From Haplodiscus bocki (Eukaryota): DNA of 64,000 nt. The translations under genes were made by a program, and so were the position numbers. The stretch is taken from NCBI GenBank assembly GCA_965655095.1, contig OZ296652.1, positions 102,238,001-102,302,000 of the forward strand. The letters run 5' to 3'. Shown piece after piece: positions 62,380-64,000 of the stretch (position 1 is its first letter; every line of letters starts with the position of its first letter). The notes beneath the pieces were generated by a model, which saw nothing but the letters and a program-made list of their open reading frames with translations, did not search any database and was not told where the DNA came from.

Positions 62380-62390
62380 AGAATGACTGA
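61962..62390 (+). CDS. LTR-encoded ORF, probable Gag N-terminus (MATLRNKRKLAAVSRE...)
   Basis: Open from ATG 61962 through the LTR end (62379) and stops only in flanking DNA. Conserved at the protein level in the solo LTR (minus strand, ~22547-22149). Confidence 0.6.
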   Translation: MATLRNKRKLAAVSREAPDCSSSSRGRTVLDPELSQDYISQISEEMEGRLTTKLSKEFNKTESRILGALSKLDEFLLNPQVRTCSVTAHGTSRHSNLENWETHGDRSSNDPYPEGGYFPHLSGQFNSSEAEMVTETFPHKND

Positions 62391-64000
62391 AGTATTTTCA
62401 ACTGCTGTTAAAATCAAGGCTTCAAGTACACAAAAGTTCCTGGGTATTTTGAAGCTCTCCTTCAATTGGGACTGACACCCAACATCACCGTTTTGCTTTT
62501 GTTTTGTGGTCTGTTTGAAGTGTGATGATCTGATGGTTAAGTGGCCTACTAAGTTCTCTGCGACTTTTTTGAGAAAAGACATAATACGAATAACAATATC
62601 ACTCTCACTTTATCTGTTGTTTTTGAAAAAATATGGAAACTGAACTTAAAAGCGTTTGTTTGGAAGTTTTTCTGCTCATTGACACAATCAATACAATCTT
62701 GTGATGCTCCTTGTTCAGATAAATATTGTTTAACTTTTTCGTTTTCTATTCGGAATACCTTTTTGAAAAGGTTTTTGATAAAGTACGTGGCTGCGAGATC
62801 TAATCTGTTCTGATTTTCCTTGTCACAAGTCGTATCAAAATTATTACAGTCGTATAATTCCGAAAAACCGTTCCTATCCAAGCTTTTATGTCTACAGGAT
62901 TTATCTACTTTTATCCACAAAAACATGGCACTTTCTACAACTGGGCCGTGTTTTGATCATGATAAATCAGTAGTTTTCTATGTCCATAGGCAAACCACTC
63001 CTCCATTTGAGGCTCTCTCTAACGTAAAAACCCATCACGGCAATCATACTCTACATCAACTTTGATTTGATGAAGAGAGGTCTTGATTTGCTAATAGTTT
63101 AAAATATTGCTTTATATACAATACTAGGACGTACAAAGAATAAGTTACCAAGTCGTTCACAGTGATAGCAACAGTTATTTTCACTTTATATGTCATTGCA
63201 ATAAACTTAGAATAACACTATGTCCTCAACAACTCAAGTTTCTTTTGTGTGTCGATGGGGACTATACATGGTGTGGTTGGTTTTATTGTCAGTGAAAGCT
63301 TTTAACGGAAGAGAGGGCTATTTTTTGGAATGGAACACTGCTGACGTCATGATGACCCTGGGGAACTCATCTGCAAGAAGTTGGATAGGCAATAACGGGC
63401 GTCGAATTCTCTCGAAAAATTTAATGATGCTGATGGCAAAGGAAGTTTTGGTGTTTGTAAAGTATGGGGTATCGTGGAGCAAGTGTGGACCGAAGGTGCA
63501 AACTTTGGTCTGGAAAACAATGATAGGACGGTCAGAAAGGTTTTGACTTTCTTCTGTCGAAAACTATTGGAATCACAAAAGTTTTAACATTGCGAAGCAT
63601 AGTGCAAAAACTTTCTTTCATGCCTTAGCGAAAAGTTCTGATGTTCGTATAAGCTTTTCGAAGTCTTTGGAACATTCTGCTGAAAGTTTGAACTGTATTG
63701 AGTCTGTGGAGGGTTGCTTACGTGGATTGGTGAACATGGTGGTTAGTATAAAAGTTGAATTAAAAAACGTGGTTAATCATTGAAAAAGCACAAAGTACTG
63801 ATGTAATCCGGCTTTTAACTAAGCGCTTTAGTTAACACTTTCCATAAAAGCCTTTCCATCGATGTAATGCATTTTCTAGAGATGACAGATTTTACTTTTC
63901 TGGAGTTTTTCCTTCCCGACAAGTTGACTAAACGACATTACCTTCTCTGCTCACAAACTCAACACAGCTCCGCAGGAGGTTCCACAAGAAAATTGGTACG

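Overview
AT-rich animal genomic DNA, mostly decayed repeats, with one 200-N assembly gap (50830-51029). The only host gene found is the 3' part of a RasGRF-type Ras guanine-nucleotide exchange factor (six exons of the CDC25 domain, 8149-10396, +). Mobile DNA fills most of the rest: a ~7.2 kb foldback with long inverted arms (11644-18892); Tc1 and Penelope-like fragments; a solo LTR with a GTATC target-site duplication (22149-23687); an old Gypsy remnant (24047-28130); a ~10.7 kb decayed Polinton/Maverick-type virus-like element (pPolB, integrase, capsid-like genes, protease; 28200-38881); and a younger Gypsy element (51030-62379). The younger Gypsy is the most interesting feature. Between pol and its 3' LTR it carries a nine-exon antisense gene of ~1200 codons that encodes a BED-type zinc finger and a hAT-transposase-like body whose catalytic positions appear substituted. 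A second, divergently oriented accessory ORF runs through the polypurine tract into the LTR. The LTR also encodes a probable Gag N-terminus and is rich in CGGAAC, TACGTA and E2F-like motifs. All family assignments come from motif recognition by eye; no search was run.
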